Part shown: positions 63,901 to 64,000 of the stretch, piece by piece
Layout of the letters: each line of letters starts with the position of its first letter
Numbering within the stretch: position 1 is the stretch's first letter
Assembly: GCF_022539665.2 (NCBI RefSeq)
Contig: NC_081333.1
Coordinates: 10,292,001 to 10,356,000, forward strand
Reading direction: 5' to 3'
Length of the DNA stretch: 64,000 nt
Source: Daphnia carinata
Lineage: Eukaryota
Notes under the pieces: model-generated
Told to the model about the DNA's origin: nothing
Database searches by the model: none
What the model saw: the letters and a program-made list of their open reading frames with translations, nothing else
Position numbers and translations under genes: made by a program

Positions 63901-64000
63901 CAATGATGTCCAAGGGCGACGCTACGATTGTGTTGCTTCGTGACCGCCAATGCGCTGAAACGAGCCACCCGCACACACCGGCACGAAAATAATGAGCATT

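Noticed and set aside
51600..64000. Numerous 60-270 aa ORFs (e.g. 53525-54184, 57191-57994)
   Set aside because: Composed of poly-A/T and dinucleotide-repeat translations (K/F/CV/HT runs), with no domain and no splice-consistent structure.
1..64000. CRISPR arrays, tRNA/rRNA genes, autonomous transposase/RT ORFs
   Set aside because: None recognised by eye; the sequence is eukaryotic and the repeats lack repeat-spacer periodicity.

Overview
Eukaryotic (arthropod) genomic DNA. The short 60-90 nt GT-AG introns, compact gene spacing and gene set suggest a crustacean such as Daphnia (inference, not verified). In order: the 5' exons of a PHLDB/LL5-type FHA gene (-, runs off the left edge); a 3xIg + FN3 + Ser/Thr-stalk cell-surface gene (-); AIFM3 (+); mitochondrial ribosomal protein mL63/MRPL57 (-); and an intact cysteine desulfurase NFS1 (+). 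NFS1 is followed by two degenerate chimeric tandem copies (~3.8 kb period) that carry AIFM3 fragments; the last also carries an intron-containing RNA Pol III subunit RPC4-like fragment. Then come armadillo/beta-catenin (+), an AT-rich modular repeat element, a multi-zinc-finger gene (-), and the probable first coding exon of teashirt/tiptop (+) followed by ~12.7 kb of non-coding intron. The most notable signal is in each of the two spacers between NFS1 copies: a ~440-nt minus-strand segment with an snRNA-type PSEA-like upstream element, extensive G-U-supported pairing and a hairpin + T6 end. It is a candidate structured ncRNA gene that I could not assign to a known family. All homology calls are from recognising sequence by eye; no searches were run.
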